64,000 bases of DNA from Candidatus Kaiserbacteria bacterium (GCA_016204695.1 JACQKD010000009.1:11710-75709); one strand, 5' to 3'. Numbered from the stretch's first letter, positions 29,589 to 39,641 are shown. The notes: generated from the letters alone by a model not told the origin. Program-made: numbers and translations.

Positions 29589-30637
29589 GTATTTTGTATA
29601 TGCGCGTGTGCGGCGGCGGTGGCGACGCGGCCGCGGGGGGTGCGCTCGATGAGGCCTTGGCGGATGAGGTAGGGCTCAAGCACATCTTCGATGGTTGCCA
29701 TCTCTTCGCCGGTCGCGGCCGCGAGCGTGTTGAGGCCGACCGGCCCGCCGTTGAACTTATGCACGATGGCGCGCAGAAGCTGTCGGTCGGGGCCGTGGAG
29801 GCCGAGCGTGTCGATGTCGAGGAGTCCGAAGGTGCGCGAGACGATGTCGTCCGAGATGTCCGCGCCCTCAATCTGCGCGAGGTCGCGGGCGCGTTTGAGG
29901 AGATAGTTTGCGGTGCGCGGGGTGGCGCGGCTCCGCGAGGCGATTCCTTTGAGCGTCTCTTTTTCCGTCTGGACGCCGAGCATTTTTGCCGAGCGGTCGA
30001 GGATGGAGACGATTTCATCATCGGAATAAAACTCAAGCCGGAACGTGCCGCCGGAGAAGCGCGAGCGAAGCGGCGCGGAAATGAGTGAGACGCGCGTGGT
30101 CGCGGCGACGAGTGTGAACGGGGGAAGGTCGAGCTGTACGGTGCGCGCCGACGGGCCTTTGCCGATGATGATGTCGAGCACGCCCGACTCCATCGCGGGG
30201 TAGAGGACTTCCTCAATGGTTTTCGGAAGCCGGTGGATTTCGTCGATGAAAAGAATGTCTCCCGGGGAGAGATTGGAGAGGATGGCGGCAAGGTCGCCGA
30301 CCCGCTCAATGGCGGGGCCGCTTGTCACGCGCATGTTGGTGCCGAGTGTGCCCGAGATGAGATGCGCGAGCGTGGTCTTGCCAAGTCCCGGAGGGCCATA
30401 GAGCAGGATGTGCTCGGCCGCTTGTCCGCGCTCGCGCGCCGCCGTGAGCAAAATCCGCAAGTTTTCTTTTACCTTCGCCTGCCCGACATACTCGTCCCAT
30501 GTCTTCGGCCGCAACGTCTGGTCGAGATGCGCCCCGTCCCCGCGTTCATACACTGGGGATGCTAGAGGATCAGCATTTTTCTCATCCTTCTCCTTTTTCA
30601 TACCAGAACTATAACGTGTCAGAGGATTACTTGACAA
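29585..30637 (-). CDS. ruvB: Holliday junction branch migration ATPase RuvB
   Basis: LLYGPPGLGKTTLAHLI Walker A and the sensor motifs. 350 aa. Confidence 0.9.
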   Translation of the reverse strand: MSSNPLTRYSSGMKKEKDEKNADPLASPVYERGDGAHLDQTLRPKTWDEYVGQAKVKENLRILLTAARERGQAAEHILLYGPPGLGKTTLAHLISGTLGTNMRVTSGPAIERVGDLAAILSNLSPGDILFIDEIHRLPKTIEEVLYPAMESGVLDIIIGKGPSARTVQLDLPPFTLVAATTRVSLISAPLRSRFSGGTFRLEFYSDDEIVSILDRSAKMLGVQTEKETLKGIASRSRATPRTANYLLKRARDLAQIEGADISDDIVSRTFGLLDIDTLGLHGPDRQLLRAIVHKFNGGPVGLNTLAAATGEEMATIEDVLEPYLIRQGLIERTPRGRVATAAAHAHIQNT

Positions 30638-30659
30638 ATAGAAATATCTGTGCTATCCT
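30631..30659 (+). promoter_or_regulatory. sigma70-like promoter (TTGACA-17-TATCCT) driving the small ORF at 30733
   Basis: Exact -35 hexamer with a 17-nt spacer. AGGAGA lies 6 nt before the ATG at 30733. Confidence 0.4.
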
Positions 30660-30732
30660 GAACACTAGGAATCAGTGGCCCTACATTCCGTAGGGTTGGC
30701 AATAACATCTCTCATATCAGAGGAGAAGAGAG

Positions 30733-30984
30733 ATGGAAACCATGGCAACGATCGTTATTGGCGGCCCCGCTCCAGTTGTCCGTCTCGTGACCGGCACTCC
30801 GGAGTACATCACTGATGAGTTCCGCAGGGAGCTCGAGGCGGCCGGATGGCCTCCAGGCTTCCTCATCGCCCAAGGGACGGGCGATGAAGCTAGGGCTCTC
30901 GACGAGCTCTGGCAAGGGGACTACCGGTGGCCGGTGTGCATGCCGGCTGGAGAGTGTCCCTATTGTCGGCAGGTAGTCAGTTAA
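30733..30984 (+). CDS. small CxxC-containing protein (83 aa), function unknown
   Basis: Consensus-like promoter and RBS upstream. C-terminal CMPAGECPYCRQ. Confidence 0.4.
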   Translation: METMATIVIGGPAPVVRLVTGTPEYITDEFRRELEAAGWPPGFLIAQGTGDEARALDELWQGDYRWPVCMPAGECPYCRQVVS

Positions 30985-31070
30985 AAGGTTCGGGGAGTAC
31001 CTGATGCACACACTGCATCAAAAGCTCCCCAAGCCCCCGGCATCTGCGCTGTGGGGTTTTTATATTTTGC

Positions 31071-31099
31071 TTGACTCCGAATAGTGCCTAGGATACTAT
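31071..31099 (+). promoter_or_regulatory. sigma70-like promoter TTGACT-17-TACTAT upstream of tuf
   Basis: Read directly from the sequence. It sits about 75 nt upstream of the tuf ATG in an AT-rich leader. Confidence 0.45.
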
Positions 31100-31173
31100 A
31101 GCGGCACTGAATTGCGCTTTCGGCGTGTTCGTTGGTAAGCAAGTTTTATTATTTTTTTATTTCAAATCTTTAT

Positions 31174-32370
31174 ATGGCAGCAGCTACATTTGATCGATCG
31201 AAGCCGCACGTAAACGTCGGCACCATCGGTCACGTCGATCATGGTAAGACCACACTCACCGCGGCTATTCTCGCTGTACTTAACGCCAAGGGTGAGGGGT
31301 ATGCGGCAAATACCAAGGGCGTTGACGAAATCGACAAAGCGCCGGAAGAGAAGGCGCGCGGTATTACCATTTCCCTCTCACACTCCGAGTACGAAACGCC
31401 GAATCGCCACTACGCGCACATCGACGCGCCGGGCCATGCCGACTACATCAAGAACATGATTACCGGCGCCGCGCAGATGGACGGCGCAGTGCTCGTGGTT
31501 GCCGCCTCCGACGGTGCGATGCCGCAGACGCGCGAACACGTACTCCTGGCGCGGCAAGTGGGCGTGCCGAAGATCATCGTCTTTCTCAACAAGGTGGACA
31601 TGGTTGACGATGAGGAAATGATCATGCTCGTTGAGGAAGAGCTCCGCGAACTCCTTGATAAGAACGGCTACGACGGCAAGAACGCACCGATCATCAAAGG
31701 TTCGGGTCTCAAGGCGCTTGAGGATCCGACCGGCGACTGGGGCAAGAAAGTGCTTGAGCTCGTTGATGCGATGGATACGTACTTCCCGATTCCGGTGCGC
31801 GACCTTGAAAAGCCGTTCCTGATGCCGATTGAAGACATCTTCTCCATTGAAGGACGCGGGACGGTGGTGACCGGACGCGTTGAACGCGGCAAGGTGAAAG
31901 TTGGCGAGGAAGTGGAGATTGTCGGTATCAAGCCGACGTCGAAGACCACGGTGACCGGCGTCGAAATGTTCAACAAACAACTTGACCAGGCGCAGGCGGG
32001 CGACAACGCCGGCGTGCTCCTTCGCGGCACTGCAAAGGACGATGTACACCGCGGACAGGTGCTTGCGGCGAAGGGCTCGGTCAATCCACATACGGAATTT
32101 GAAGCGGAGGTATACATTCTCTCGAAAGATGAAGGAGGCCGCCACACGCCGTTCTTCTCCGGATACAAGCCGCAGTTCTACATCCGCACGACGGACGTGA
32201 CCGGCGACGTGACGCTGAACGAAGGCGTTGAAATGGTAATGCCGGGCGACACCGTCACGTTTAAGGTGAAGCTCGTCGCACCGGTGGCGCTCGAAGAGCA
32301 GACGCGCTTTGCGATCCGCGAGGGCGGCAAGACCGTCGGCGCAGGCGTGGTGACGAAGATCATCGCCTAA
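31174..32370 (+). CDS. tuf: elongation factor Tu
   Basis: [27 protein letters not shown] and NKVD GTPase motifs. Start [12 protein letters not shown] chosen over the longer track ORF. Confidence 0.95.
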   Translation: MAAATFDRSKPHVNVGTIGHVDHGKTTLTAAILAVLNAKGEGYAANTKGVDEIDKAPEEKARGITISLSHSEYETPNRHYAHIDAPGHADYIKNMITGAAQMDGAVLVVAASDGAMPQTREHVLLARQVGVPKIIVFLNKVDMVDDEEMIMLVEEELRELLDKNGYDGKNAPIIKGSGLKALEDPTGDWGKKVLELVDAMDTYFPIPVRDLEKPFLMPIEDIFSIEGRGTVVTGRVERGKVKVGEEVEIVGIKPTSKTTVTGVEMFNKQLDQAQAGDNAGVLLRGTAKDDVHRGQVLAAKGSVNPHTEFEAEVYILSKDEGGRHTPFFSGYKPQFYIRTTDVTGDVTLNEGVEMVMPGDTVTFKVKLVAPVALEEQTRFAIREGGKTVGAGVVTKIIA

Positions 32371-32412
32371 CGGCTAAGGAGGAGGATAGAGACGGCGGAC
32401 ACGACAGTACTT

Positions 32413-32793
32413 ATGGCAACCAAAACAACAGAGAAGCCCGTAAAACGCCCGAGACAGGCGCGGAAAGCCGTGTCCGCGGACGGCGAGATTCAGAAACTGC
32501 GTATTCGCGTGCGCGCATACGAACACAAGATTCTCGACGCGTCGGTGAAGCAGATTATAGATACGGCGCTTCGCTTCGACGCGAAGGTTGTCGGACCGAT
32601 TCCCCTGCCGACCCAGCTCAAAAAATACACGGTCAACCGCTCCGCATTCATCTACAAAGATGCGCGCGAGCAGTTTGAGATGCGGATCCATTGCCGGGTG
32701 ATCGATATTCTGAATCCTCCGCCGAAAGTCATCGAAGCGCTGACCAATCTCTCGTTACCTTCCGGCGTCAGTATCGATGTGAAAATGATGTGA
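32413..32793 (+). CDS. rpsJ: 30S ribosomal protein S10 (with a ~25-aa basic N-terminal extension)
   Basis: IRIRVRAYEHKILD...GPIPLPT S10 core. Confidence 0.9.
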   Translation: MATKTTEKPVKRPRQARKAVSADGEIQKLRIRVRAYEHKILDASVKQIIDTALRFDAKVVGPIPLPTQLKKYTVNRSAFIYKDAREQFEMRIHCRVIDILNPPPKVIEALTNLSLPSGVSIDVKMM

Positions 32794-32804
32794 TTTTGCA
32801 AACA

Positions 32805-32846
32805 GAGAAAAACCGGTGCGGCCGAAGGCCGCACCGGTTTTTCTCT
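32805..32846. terminator. perfect palindromic hairpin flanked by an A-run and a T-run (bidirectional intrinsic terminator) between rpsJ and the convergent histidine kinase gene
   Basis: agagaaaaaccggtgcggcc-gaa-ggccgcaccggtttttctct. Confidence 0.55.
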
Positions 32847-32872
32847 TTTGGCACCTTCTTCCATGGCGGCCG

Positions 32873-33796
32873 TTATGTTGCGGTCCGTGCCGGCGAGAGG
32901 GGAAGGGTAACCGTGAATGTCGTGCCTTTTCCGGGTTCGCTATCAAAGGTGATTGTGCCGCCGTGCTGCTCAATGATATTTTTCGTGATATAGAGGCCGA
33001 GGCCCACGCCGCCCGTATGCATGTCGAGCGCTTCTCGCGTTCGGCGGAATTTCTTGAATATGTCACCCTGCTTTTCTCGAAGGATGCCGATGCCGGAGTC
33101 TGCGACAGTATAGACGAACGAGTCGCCTCTGCGCTCCGTACCGACGCGGATCGTTCCTCCCGACGGCGTGTAGTGGAAGGCGTTGTCGACGAGGTTGGCG
33201 ACCGCAATCTCAATCATGGCTTCGTCGCCCGAAAGCGGCGTTGCGCCGAAGCCGAGTGCTCGCTCGAGCCGGATGTTTTTTTCGGCAAAGCGCTTCTCCG
33301 CTTCATCGAGTACGGATGTGACGAGCGGTTCGATCTCGATCGGGGTGATGGTGTACTCGCGGTAGCCGGCTTCGGCGTCGACGAAATGGAGGAGCTCGTC
33401 GATCAGACGGGTCATTTTTCCCGCGCTCTCGAGCGTGTTGCGCACCTGTTCCTTCTGCTTTTCGGTAAGTTCGCCGTAGGTGCCGTCAAGGATGTTTTCT
33501 ATCGCCCACTTGATCTCGGTTACCGGCGTGCGCAACTGGTGGGAGGCCACGCTCACGAAATCGTTTTTTGCTTCGAGTGAACGTTGGAGTCGGATGTTCT
33601 GGTCGGACAGTTCAAGGTTTTTCTCGACGAGTTGCCGCGCGGTCTTCTCGACGAGATCACTCTTTTCAGCGAGCAATTTCTTGAAATGACCGATTCGCAA
33701 TCGTCCGATCACGAAGCCGACGACAAGACCGGCAGTTCCAATGACAGCCAAAACGAGTACCGGAAAAGGGTCAAAATTCAAAAACGTCGTTCCCAT
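32873..33796 (-). CDS. sensor histidine kinase (single TM, HisKA + HATPase_c)
   Basis: H-box SHQLRTPVTEIKW. G-box GVGLGLYITKNIIEQHGGTI. Confidence 0.8.
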   Translation of the reverse strand: MGTTFLNFDPFPVLVLAVIGTAGLVVGFVIGRLRIGHFKKLLAEKSDLVEKTARQLVEKNLELSDQNIRLQRSLEAKNDFVSVASHQLRTPVTEIKWAIENILDGTYGELTEKQKEQVRNTLESAGKMTRLIDELLHFVDAEAGYREYTITPIEIEPLVTSVLDEAEKRFAEKNIRLERALGFGATPLSGDEAMIEIAVANLVDNAFHYTPSGGTIRVGTERRGDSFVYTVADSGIGILREKQGDIFKKFRRTREALDMHTGGVGLGLYITKNIIEQHGGTITFDSEPGKGTTFTVTLPLSPARTAT

Positions 33797-33808
33797 AGCG
33801 GGGGGTTG

Positions 33809-34198
33809 TTATGTTTCTCCGAGTATAGTCCGCACCTTTTCGACAACATCGCGCGGATTGACATTCGCTTTGATGAGATATGCGACGGCGCCCATGCCGA
33901 GTCCTTTATCGATATCTTTCTGCTGGCCGAAATTCGACAGGATGACAACGGGTATGCTTTTCATCCGCGGATCCGCTTTCATTTTTTCAAGCACCGCGAA
34001 TCCGTCCATTTGGGGAAGCAGGAGATCAAGTAAGAGCAGATCAGGCTTTGCTTTTTCCATTGCAGCCAGTCCGTCCTCCGCCATGACGCAGGCGGCGACG
34101 TCGTATCCCTCCCCGGTCAACTTGTCGACGATCATTTGCTGTATCAGAGGATCGTCCTCAATGATGAGAATGTGTTTCTTTTGGGGTGCGTCTGTCAT
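33809..34198 (-). CDS. single-domain response regulator (CheY-like receiver)
   Basis: ILIIEDDPLIQQMIV...LLLLDLLLPQMDG...PVVILS. Confidence 0.8.
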   Translation of the reverse strand: MTDAPQKKHILIIEDDPLIQQMIVDKLTGEGYDVAACVMAEDGLAAMEKAKPDLLLLDLLLPQMDGFAVLEKMKADPRMKSIPVVILSNFGQQKDIDKGLGMGAVAYLIKANVNPRDVVEKVRTILGET

Positions 34199-34216
34199 AT
34201 ATATTCGTGGAACGCG

Positions 34217-35410
34217 TCACTCTCCGATTATTGCGAGGGAAATGGATTGTTCGTAGAAGCCCGGATCGCAGGTGTTGACGCTCGTATCCTTGACGCCAAG
34301 CGGCGCAATCTGGCCATACGAGTAAAAGCCGAAGATGTGGCCGGCTTCTCCCATCATGTTCTTTACCGCCTGGAATTCTTCCTCGCGGCGCTCGCCGAAG
34401 AGGATTTTGCGCGCGACGCAGTCCGAGACGAAAGCGACTCGCGGTTGTGCTTCTTTTGTTTCAACGGAAAGCCGCTCGGTGGTGGCTTCCGCGGCGCTAA
34501 GGGCGCTCTCGATCGTGCCGATCATGAGCGAAATCGAGCTTCCTTCGATCACCTCCGCGCCGCACACGATCGAGCCGTCGTCTTGCACGGCAAGCGGAAC
34601 GCGGATCATATAGGCGTCCATATCGGCGACTTTCATGCCGAGCGGATAGCTCACCGCGGCGAGCGAGAGCGTCTTTTTGAAATCACCGGCGCGGTCGCCG
34701 AAGTAATCTTCATAAATCGCGAATGCCGGCTTGCCGTCGAGCTCATAGAGCGTCGTTCCTTTTGCCTTCGTGACCGTACGCGGATTGCCGACCGGTTGCC
34801 AGCCGTGGTCGGCGCCGACCGCGTAGATCACGTCGCCGCTGATCGCGAATCCGACCGCGGCATTGCCGAGCACCTCGTCATTGTAGTACTGGGAGGTCTT
34901 TTTGAAGTTCATGTCGTCCGCCGCCGCGCCGCCCATGAGCGGGAAGTTGGCGCCGAGCGTGCCGAGCACGCCGCGCACCAGTTCCGTGCCGTTGCCGGCA
35001 AGCGCGTCGGAGAAGATAAACGCCACCTTTGCGTTGCCGCCCGGCGCATTTTTGACCGCATCCGCGAATTTTTCACCGCCCGCCCGGATGTTCTCCGAAA
35101 GCCCTTCGACTTTGATGGGATGAAAGGAGAGCTTGTCCGACTGCAGGACGAGCACGGCGACCGATTGCTCATGCAGGCCGTAGTCGGTGATGGTGCCAGC
35201 GGTCGTACAGCCGATGAGCGGCGTGCCGCCGAGTGCTTCGCGCACGCCTTTGAGCAAGTCCTCTTGCGAGTACAGCGATGAGGCCATCAGTACCGCGAAG
35301 TCCGCTTTCTCAAGCCCCGCTTTCTCAAGCGCCTGTTTTGCCGCTTCCGTCCCTGCGGCGTACGCGTTCTGGTTTTGCGTACTAAGGCCGATGCCAATCT
35401 TGAGTGCCAT
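34217..35410 (-). CDS. FIST-domain sensory protein
   Basis: Start MALKIGIGLS chosen (the track ORF extends a further 69 aa upstream with a non-protein-like sequence). FIST_N/FIST_C-like layout assigned from memory. It is co-directional with the HK/RR genes. Confidence 0.55.
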   Translation of the reverse strand: MALKIGIGLSTQNQNAYAAGTEAAKQALEKAGLEKADFAVLMASSLYSQEDLLKGVREALGGTPLIGCTTAGTITDYGLHEQSVAVLVLQSDKLSFHPIKVEGLSENIRAGGEKFADAVKNAPGGNAKVAFIFSDALAGNGTELVRGVLGTLGANFPLMGGAAADDMNFKKTSQYYNDEVLGNAAVGFAISGDVIYAVGADHGWQPVGNPRTVTKAKGTTLYELDGKPAFAIYEDYFGDRAGDFKKTLSLAAVSYPLGMKVADMDAYMIRVPLAVQDDGSIVCGAEVIEGSSISLMIGTIESALSAAEATTERLSVETKEAQPRVAFVSDCVARKILFGERREEEFQAVKNMMGEAGHIFGFYSYGQIAPLGVKDTSVNTCDPGFYEQSISLAIIGE

Positions 35411-35571
35411 GATGTTATGTATATAAGATAGTAATGATGCCTTCATACTAGCATGCGAAGGATGCGAAGACTTCTTGGTTGAGGTCTGGTGGGGATACAG
35501 ATCCCCATCTAATAATGGTATAGTCAATCTGCAAGGATGTTTTATAAGGGTTACCGTTTTACGACAGGGAC

Positions 35572-36006
35572 ATGTCAATTGAGGGTCACGACAATCAACA
35601 CGTACCGTCTGAACCAAGTACGGAAGCGTATCGAGCAGGCAACTATAGTCTGGATCCGGAGCTGATTGTGAGAAGAGACGAACTGGTTGTAAAAAGGAAA
35701 AGTGAGATTCAAGAGGCCTTACTGAAAAGGATGCACGATATCAGAGCGATTTTAGATTGGAGGTCGGGTAAAGGAGACGCAGTTCTACTCGATACAGTTG
35801 GAGATGTTATGCTCGGGGAAAGGGCGGGGATACGACGCGACGTGCTCGCTCATGGAAAGCTTTCCGACATCTTTACGGAGATCGGTAAAGAGCTGGGGAT
35901 TCGTACCGATTCAGGAGGGACGGATGTGGGGGCGATTGGCATGTCGGCTATAGACACGGTGTTGGAAGGCATGCTGAACCGTCGTAGTGGGGCGGATCGA
36001 AACTGA
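35572..36006 (+). CDS. hypothetical protein (144 aa), weak
   Basis: ORF only; no motif recognised. Confidence 0.2.
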   Translation: MSIEGHDNQHVPSEPSTEAYRAGNYSLDPELIVRRDELVVKRKSEIQEALLKRMHDIRAILDWRSGKGDAVLLDTVGDVMLGERAGIRRDVLAHGKLSDIFTEIGKELGIRTDSGGTDVGAIGMSAIDTVLEGMLNRRSGADRN

Positions 36007-36007
36007 C

Positions 36008-36035
36008 TTGCATTGTTGGTCGCCATCTGTATAAT
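36008..36035 (+). promoter_or_regulatory. sigma70-like promoter TTGCAT-16-TATAAT upstream of the rplC leader
   Basis: Read directly. It would re-initiate the r-protein operon after the HK/RR/FIST interruption. Confidence 0.45.
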
Positions 36036-36095
36036 GCTCTTAGCCTTTAGAAGACCTACGTCTCCGCCATCTTCGATGGGGAAACCAATGGGCAG

Positions 36096-36136
36096 AAAAC
36101 CGCACGAGCGGGCTTTTGCCCGCTCGTGCGGTTTTC
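36096..36136 (+). promoter_or_regulatory. leader hairpin (15-bp perfect stem, UUUU loop, followed by UUUUC) between the promoter and the rplC start; possible attenuator
   Basis: aaaaccgcacgagcgggc-tttt-gcccgctcgtgcggttttc. The track GTG start at 36126 lies inside the stem, so GTG 36162 is favoured as the rplC start. Confidence 0.4.
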
Positions 36137-36161
36137 TGTCCGCTACATCTTCCGCTATATC

Positions 36162-36785
36162 GTGAAATTCATTTTGGGAACAAAACAGCGCATGACCCAA
36201 GTCTTTAACGAGGCTGGTGTCGTGTATCCGGCCACCGTCCTGCGTGTCGAGCCGGGCATTGTCTCACAAGTGAAAACGGTCGAGAAGGACGGCTACGCCG
36301 CAGTACAGATCGCCTCCGGCGCTACAAAAGAGAAGCGTATGTCCAGAGCTCAAGTGGGTCATCTCGGCGGCGCCTACGCGCGCGTCAGAGAGTACCGCCC
36401 ACGGCGAGCCGGTGAAACTATCGAAGCGGTGGAAAAGGGTTCTGCGGTGACCGTGGACATGTTTGCGGTAGGCGACATCGTGACCGTCTCGGCGATTTCA
36501 AAGAGCAAAGGGTTTCAAGGCGTCGTCAAGCGGCATGGTTTCCATGGCGACAAAGCGTCGCACGGCCGCAAGCACTCCATGCGCGCGCCGGGATCGATTG
36601 GCGGCGGCGGCCGGGATGGCGGGCGCGTCATCAAGGGTATGCGCATGGCCGGCCGCATGGGGGGCGATCGAGTGACCGTTAAGAACCTCAAAGTGGTCGC
36701 CGTCGATCCGGCGAGCAATCTCTTGCTTATCTCGGGGGCCGTGCCGGGCCGCCCGGGAACGGTGGTCGAAATACGAGGCGCGTAG
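36162..36785 (+). CDS. rplC: 50S ribosomal protein L3
   Basis: VKFILGTKQRMTQVFNEAG matches the L3 N-terminus. GTG start. Confidence 0.9.
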   Translation: MKFILGTKQRMTQVFNEAGVVYPATVLRVEPGIVSQVKTVEKDGYAAVQIASGATKEKRMSRAQVGHLGGAYARVREYRPRRAGETIEAVEKGSAVTVDMFAVGDIVTVSAISKSKGFQGVVKRHGFHGDKASHGRKHSMRAPGSIGGGGRDGGRVIKGMRMAGRMGGDRVTVKNLKVVAVDPASNLLLISGAVPGRPGTVVEIRGA

Positions 36786-36792
36786 TCATATT

Positions 36793-37539
36793 TTGCATAT
36801 GCAGGCAATAACATACAACAAAGAAGGTAAGGAAACGGGGAAGGTGGAACTTCCGGAGAGCGTCTTCGGCCTGCCATGGAATGCGGATCTTGTTCATGGC
36901 GTAGTGCTTGCCATGCAGGGTAATGCCCGCGCGGGCACGGCGCATACCAAGAACCGCGGCGAAGTGCGGGGTAGCGGCCGCAAGCCGTGGCGCCAGAAGG
37001 GTACCGGCCGAGCCCGCGCGGGTTCCAAGCGCTCCCCGATCTGGCGCGGCGGCGGCATCTCGCACGGTCCGCGCACCGAAAAAGACTACTCGCGTGCGCT
37101 CAATCGCAACGTCCGCGCCAAAGCGCTCGGTGTCACCCTCTCCCAGAAGCTTCGCGACGACGAGATCATCTTCCTTGATGAGTTTTCGTTCGGTTCGCCG
37201 AAAGCGAAAGACGCGAAGGCGGTACTTGTTGCGGTAAGCGGCATTGGCGGCAAGGGAGCGCTTGCCACAAAGCGCAGAAATGCGGCACTGCTTGTTCTGC
37301 CTCTGCGTGACGAGCATGTTGAAAAAAGCTTCCGCAACTTCGGCAACATGGCGGTCAGTCAGGCAAAGGACATCAATCCTGTCGACCTTCTTTCATACAA
37401 GTATGTCGTGCTTGCGGGCGCCGACGCCATCATCAAACAGCTCTCCGACCGCGTCGCGACCAAGGCAACAAAGGCGACCAAGAACAAGACAGAGGACGAG
37501 ACCAAGAAGCGTTCGGTACCAGTTGTAGCAAAAAAGTAA
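36793..37539 (+). CDS. rplD: 50S ribosomal protein L4
   Basis: [16 protein letters not shown] motif. Confidence 0.9.
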   Translation: MHMQAITYNKEGKETGKVELPESVFGLPWNADLVHGVVLAMQGNARAGTAHTKNRGEVRGSGRKPWRQKGTGRARAGSKRSPIWRGGGISHGPRTEKDYSRALNRNVRAKALGVTLSQKLRDDEIIFLDEFSFGSPKAKDAKAVLVAVSGIGGKGALATKRRNAALLVLPLRDEHVEKSFRNFGNMAVSQAKDINPVDLLSYKYVVLAGADAIIKQLSDRVATKATKATKNKTEDETKKRSVPVVAKK

Positions 37540-37548
37540 TCACACACC

Positions 37549-37908
37549 ATGGCACTCTTCGGACGAAAAAAAGCATCGACACCGGCAAGCGCGCAATCCG
37601 CGAAGTCTGCGGTCGCGCGCGTCGACCGCGATCTCTCGCAGGTCCTCTTGCGACCGCGCGTCACGGAGAAGTCGGCGCGTCTGAATGAGCAAAACGCGTA
37701 CACGTTCCTCGTCCGCAAGGGCGCGACCAAGTACGACGTACGCGATGCGGTACGACAGATCTTCAACGTGACCCCACGCAAGATCACGATCGTCAACCGC
37801 ACTCCCCGCACGACGCATCTGCGTTCTCGCAGTCGCACCGTGACGGAGCCGGGCATGCGGAAGGCACACATCTTTCTTAAAAAGGGCGATCGCATCGATC
37901 TCGCATAG
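37549..37908 (+). CDS. rplW: 50S ribosomal protein L23
   Basis: LLRPRVTEKSARL motif. Confidence 0.9.
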   Translation: MALFGRKKASTPASAQSAKSAVARVDRDLSQVLLRPRVTEKSARLNEQNAYTFLVRKGATKYDVRDAVRQIFNVTPRKITIVNRTPRTTHLRSRSRTVTEPGMRKAHIFLKKGDRIDLA

Positions 37909-37924
37909 CTTTTGACTATCAGGT

Positions 37925-38785
37925 ATGAAAACATACAAACCAACATCAGCAGGACGCCGCGGCATGTCGGTGCTTTCCTATAAAGAGCACCTTTCAAGTA
38001 CGAAAAACGCCCCGCACAAGCCGCTGACGCGCGGCGGCAAATCGACCGGCGGCCGCAATCGCTTCGGACGCACGACCGCGTTTTATCGCGGCGGCGGTGT
38101 GAAGCGTACCTATCGTCTCGTTGACTTTATCTATAACAAAAAGGACGTTCCCGCCCGTGTTGAAAAGATCGAGTACGATCCGTATCACTCGGCCTTCATC
38201 GCGCTCGTCTGTTATCGAGACGGCGAACGCCGCTACATTCTCGCGCCCAAGGACATGAAAGTCGGCGACGAGTTCACCGTGTCCGCGACCGCCCGCACAA
38301 AGACCGGCAATCGCACCGTACTCGGCAACATTTCCGTCGGCACCTTTGTGCACAACATCGAGCTGAAGCCCGGAGCAGGCGCCCGCATGGCGCGCTCGGC
38401 CGGAAGCTATGCCGAAGTGGTCGCGCACGATGCCGGCTATACGCTCTTGAAGATGCCCTCGACCGAAGTGCGCCGCGTGCCATCCGGCGCATGGGCATCC
38501 ATCGGCGTTGTTTCAAACGATGAAAACCGCCTCGTCTCGTTGGGCAAGGCAGGAAGAGCGCGCTATCGGGGCTTGCGCCCGAAGAACCGCGGTACCGCTC
38601 GGAACGCCGTTGATCACCCGCATGGCGGCGGCGAGGGCCGCAGTCCTCGCGGTCACCGCCGTGAGCGCACCGTACACGGCCGCCCGACCGGCAAAGGACA
38701 GAAATCCCGCCGCCCCAAGAAGTATTCAAACAAACACATCATCTCCCGCCGCAAGCCCGGGAAGATCATGGGCGGAAAAAGATAA
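37925..38785 (+). CDS. rplB: 50S ribosomal protein L2
   Basis: Conserved L2 core with GRNxxG and HPHGGGEG. Confidence 0.95.
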   Translation: MKTYKPTSAGRRGMSVLSYKEHLSSTKNAPHKPLTRGGKSTGGRNRFGRTTAFYRGGGVKRTYRLVDFIYNKKDVPARVEKIEYDPYHSAFIALVCYRDGERRYILAPKDMKVGDEFTVSATARTKTGNRTVLGNISVGTFVHNIELKPGAGARMARSAGSYAEVVAHDAGYTLLKMPSTEVRRVPSGAWASIGVVSNDENRLVSLGKAGRARYRGLRPKNRGTARNAVDHPHGGGEGRSPRGHRRERTVHGRPTGKGQKSRRPKKYSNKHIISRRKPGKIMGGKR

Positions 38786-38822
38786 GAAAAATGCTCCCCG
38801 ACAAAGGGGAGCTTTTCTTATC
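38781..38822. terminator. 42-nt perfect palindrome overlapping the rplB stop (bidirectional intrinsic terminator), left edge of the island
   Basis: gataagaaaaatgctcccc-gacaaa-ggggagcttttcttatc. Confidence 0.5.
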
Positions 38823-38843
38823 TTTTTCCGAGCCGGAGCGATG

Positions 38844-38871
38844 TTTTTCTGCCCGTGCCGAGGCAGAAAAA
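38844..38871. terminator. second palindromic hairpin tttttctgcc-N8-ggcagaaaaa
   Basis: Read directly; 23 nt after the first hairpin. Confidence 0.4.
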
Positions 38872-39024
38872 CCGCGAGGCGTGGTCAAGGATGCTTAGTA
38901 GAATTTACGCGAAGCGGAAATTATACTTAGCAATCCGTGACGAAAGAGATAGTATCTCTTCCTATAAAAATACTACAGGCCACCAGGATACGCCCCGGTG
39001 GCCCGCGTTCGATTGGTCGACGCT

Positions 39025-39480
39025 TCAACTTCTTTCCCCTCGTCGCTCCTCTATTCTTGTCAGTACAGCGGCGGACCAGATCGCGGGAACGAATACCATG
39101 AGCGTCGGCATTCCCGCTGTGGTCAGATAAAGGTTTCCTGGCAGACTGACTTCACCTCTGAAATGCGCCCGTAGAGAGGTGCGAGTCCACGTCGAGATCT
39201 GATAGAGATTGTGGTATGGAGGCGAGGGGTCTCGACATGCGATTGTCAGCCGCTGGAAATCCTGACGTTGGTTACCGGTCAAAAACGGAACGTTACGCAG
39301 GAGTAGGTCTCGCATTCGCAGTCCCGTTACCTCGGCCATCTCGACGAGATCCACCCACTCCCGCCGTTCCAATCTGCCGATGAGTTCTTGGTCACTGCCG
39401 TGTGGAACAAACGGCAGAGTGTACCGCGCCGGCCGCACCTTTCTGGGCACTCGATCGATATCCATATCCATCATCTCCAT
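39025..39480 (-). CDS. hypothetical protein (151 aa), weak; possibly a remnant at the island edge
   Basis: ORF only. Confidence 0.2.
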   Translation of the reverse strand: MEMMDMDIDRVPRKVRPARYTLPFVPHGSDQELIGRLERREWVDLVEMAEVTGLRMRDLLLRNVPFLTGNQRQDFQRLTIACRDPSPPYHNLYQISTWTRTSLRAHFRGEVSLPGNLYLTTAGMPTLMVFVPAIWSAAVLTRIEERRGERS

Positions 39481-39641
39481 CCTCCTGCCGCATCTTGCGG
39501 CTCACTAGTCCATAGCCATAGGCGAACAACAAACTGGCGCGATACTGTCACAAAACCGTCCCGAACGCAAGATATCCGACAGTTATGCACTTGCACCTCT
39601 TGTGCTCGGCGGGGCAGATCATACCATGCACGTAACAGCCC

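Noticed and set aside
31378-32145. 255-aa minus-strand ORF
   Set aside because: Antisense to tuf.
34136-35281. 381-aa plus-strand ORF
   Set aside because: Antisense to the FIST-domain gene, whose own frame gives a coherent protein. Arg-rich artefact.
38980-39012. GTTCGATT T-loop-like motif, checked as a possible tRNA/tmRNA 3' end that could mark an island integration site
   Set aside because: No complementary T-stem or acceptor stem could be drawn, and there is no CCA. I found no convincing tRNA anywhere in the window. I cannot run a covariance-model scan.
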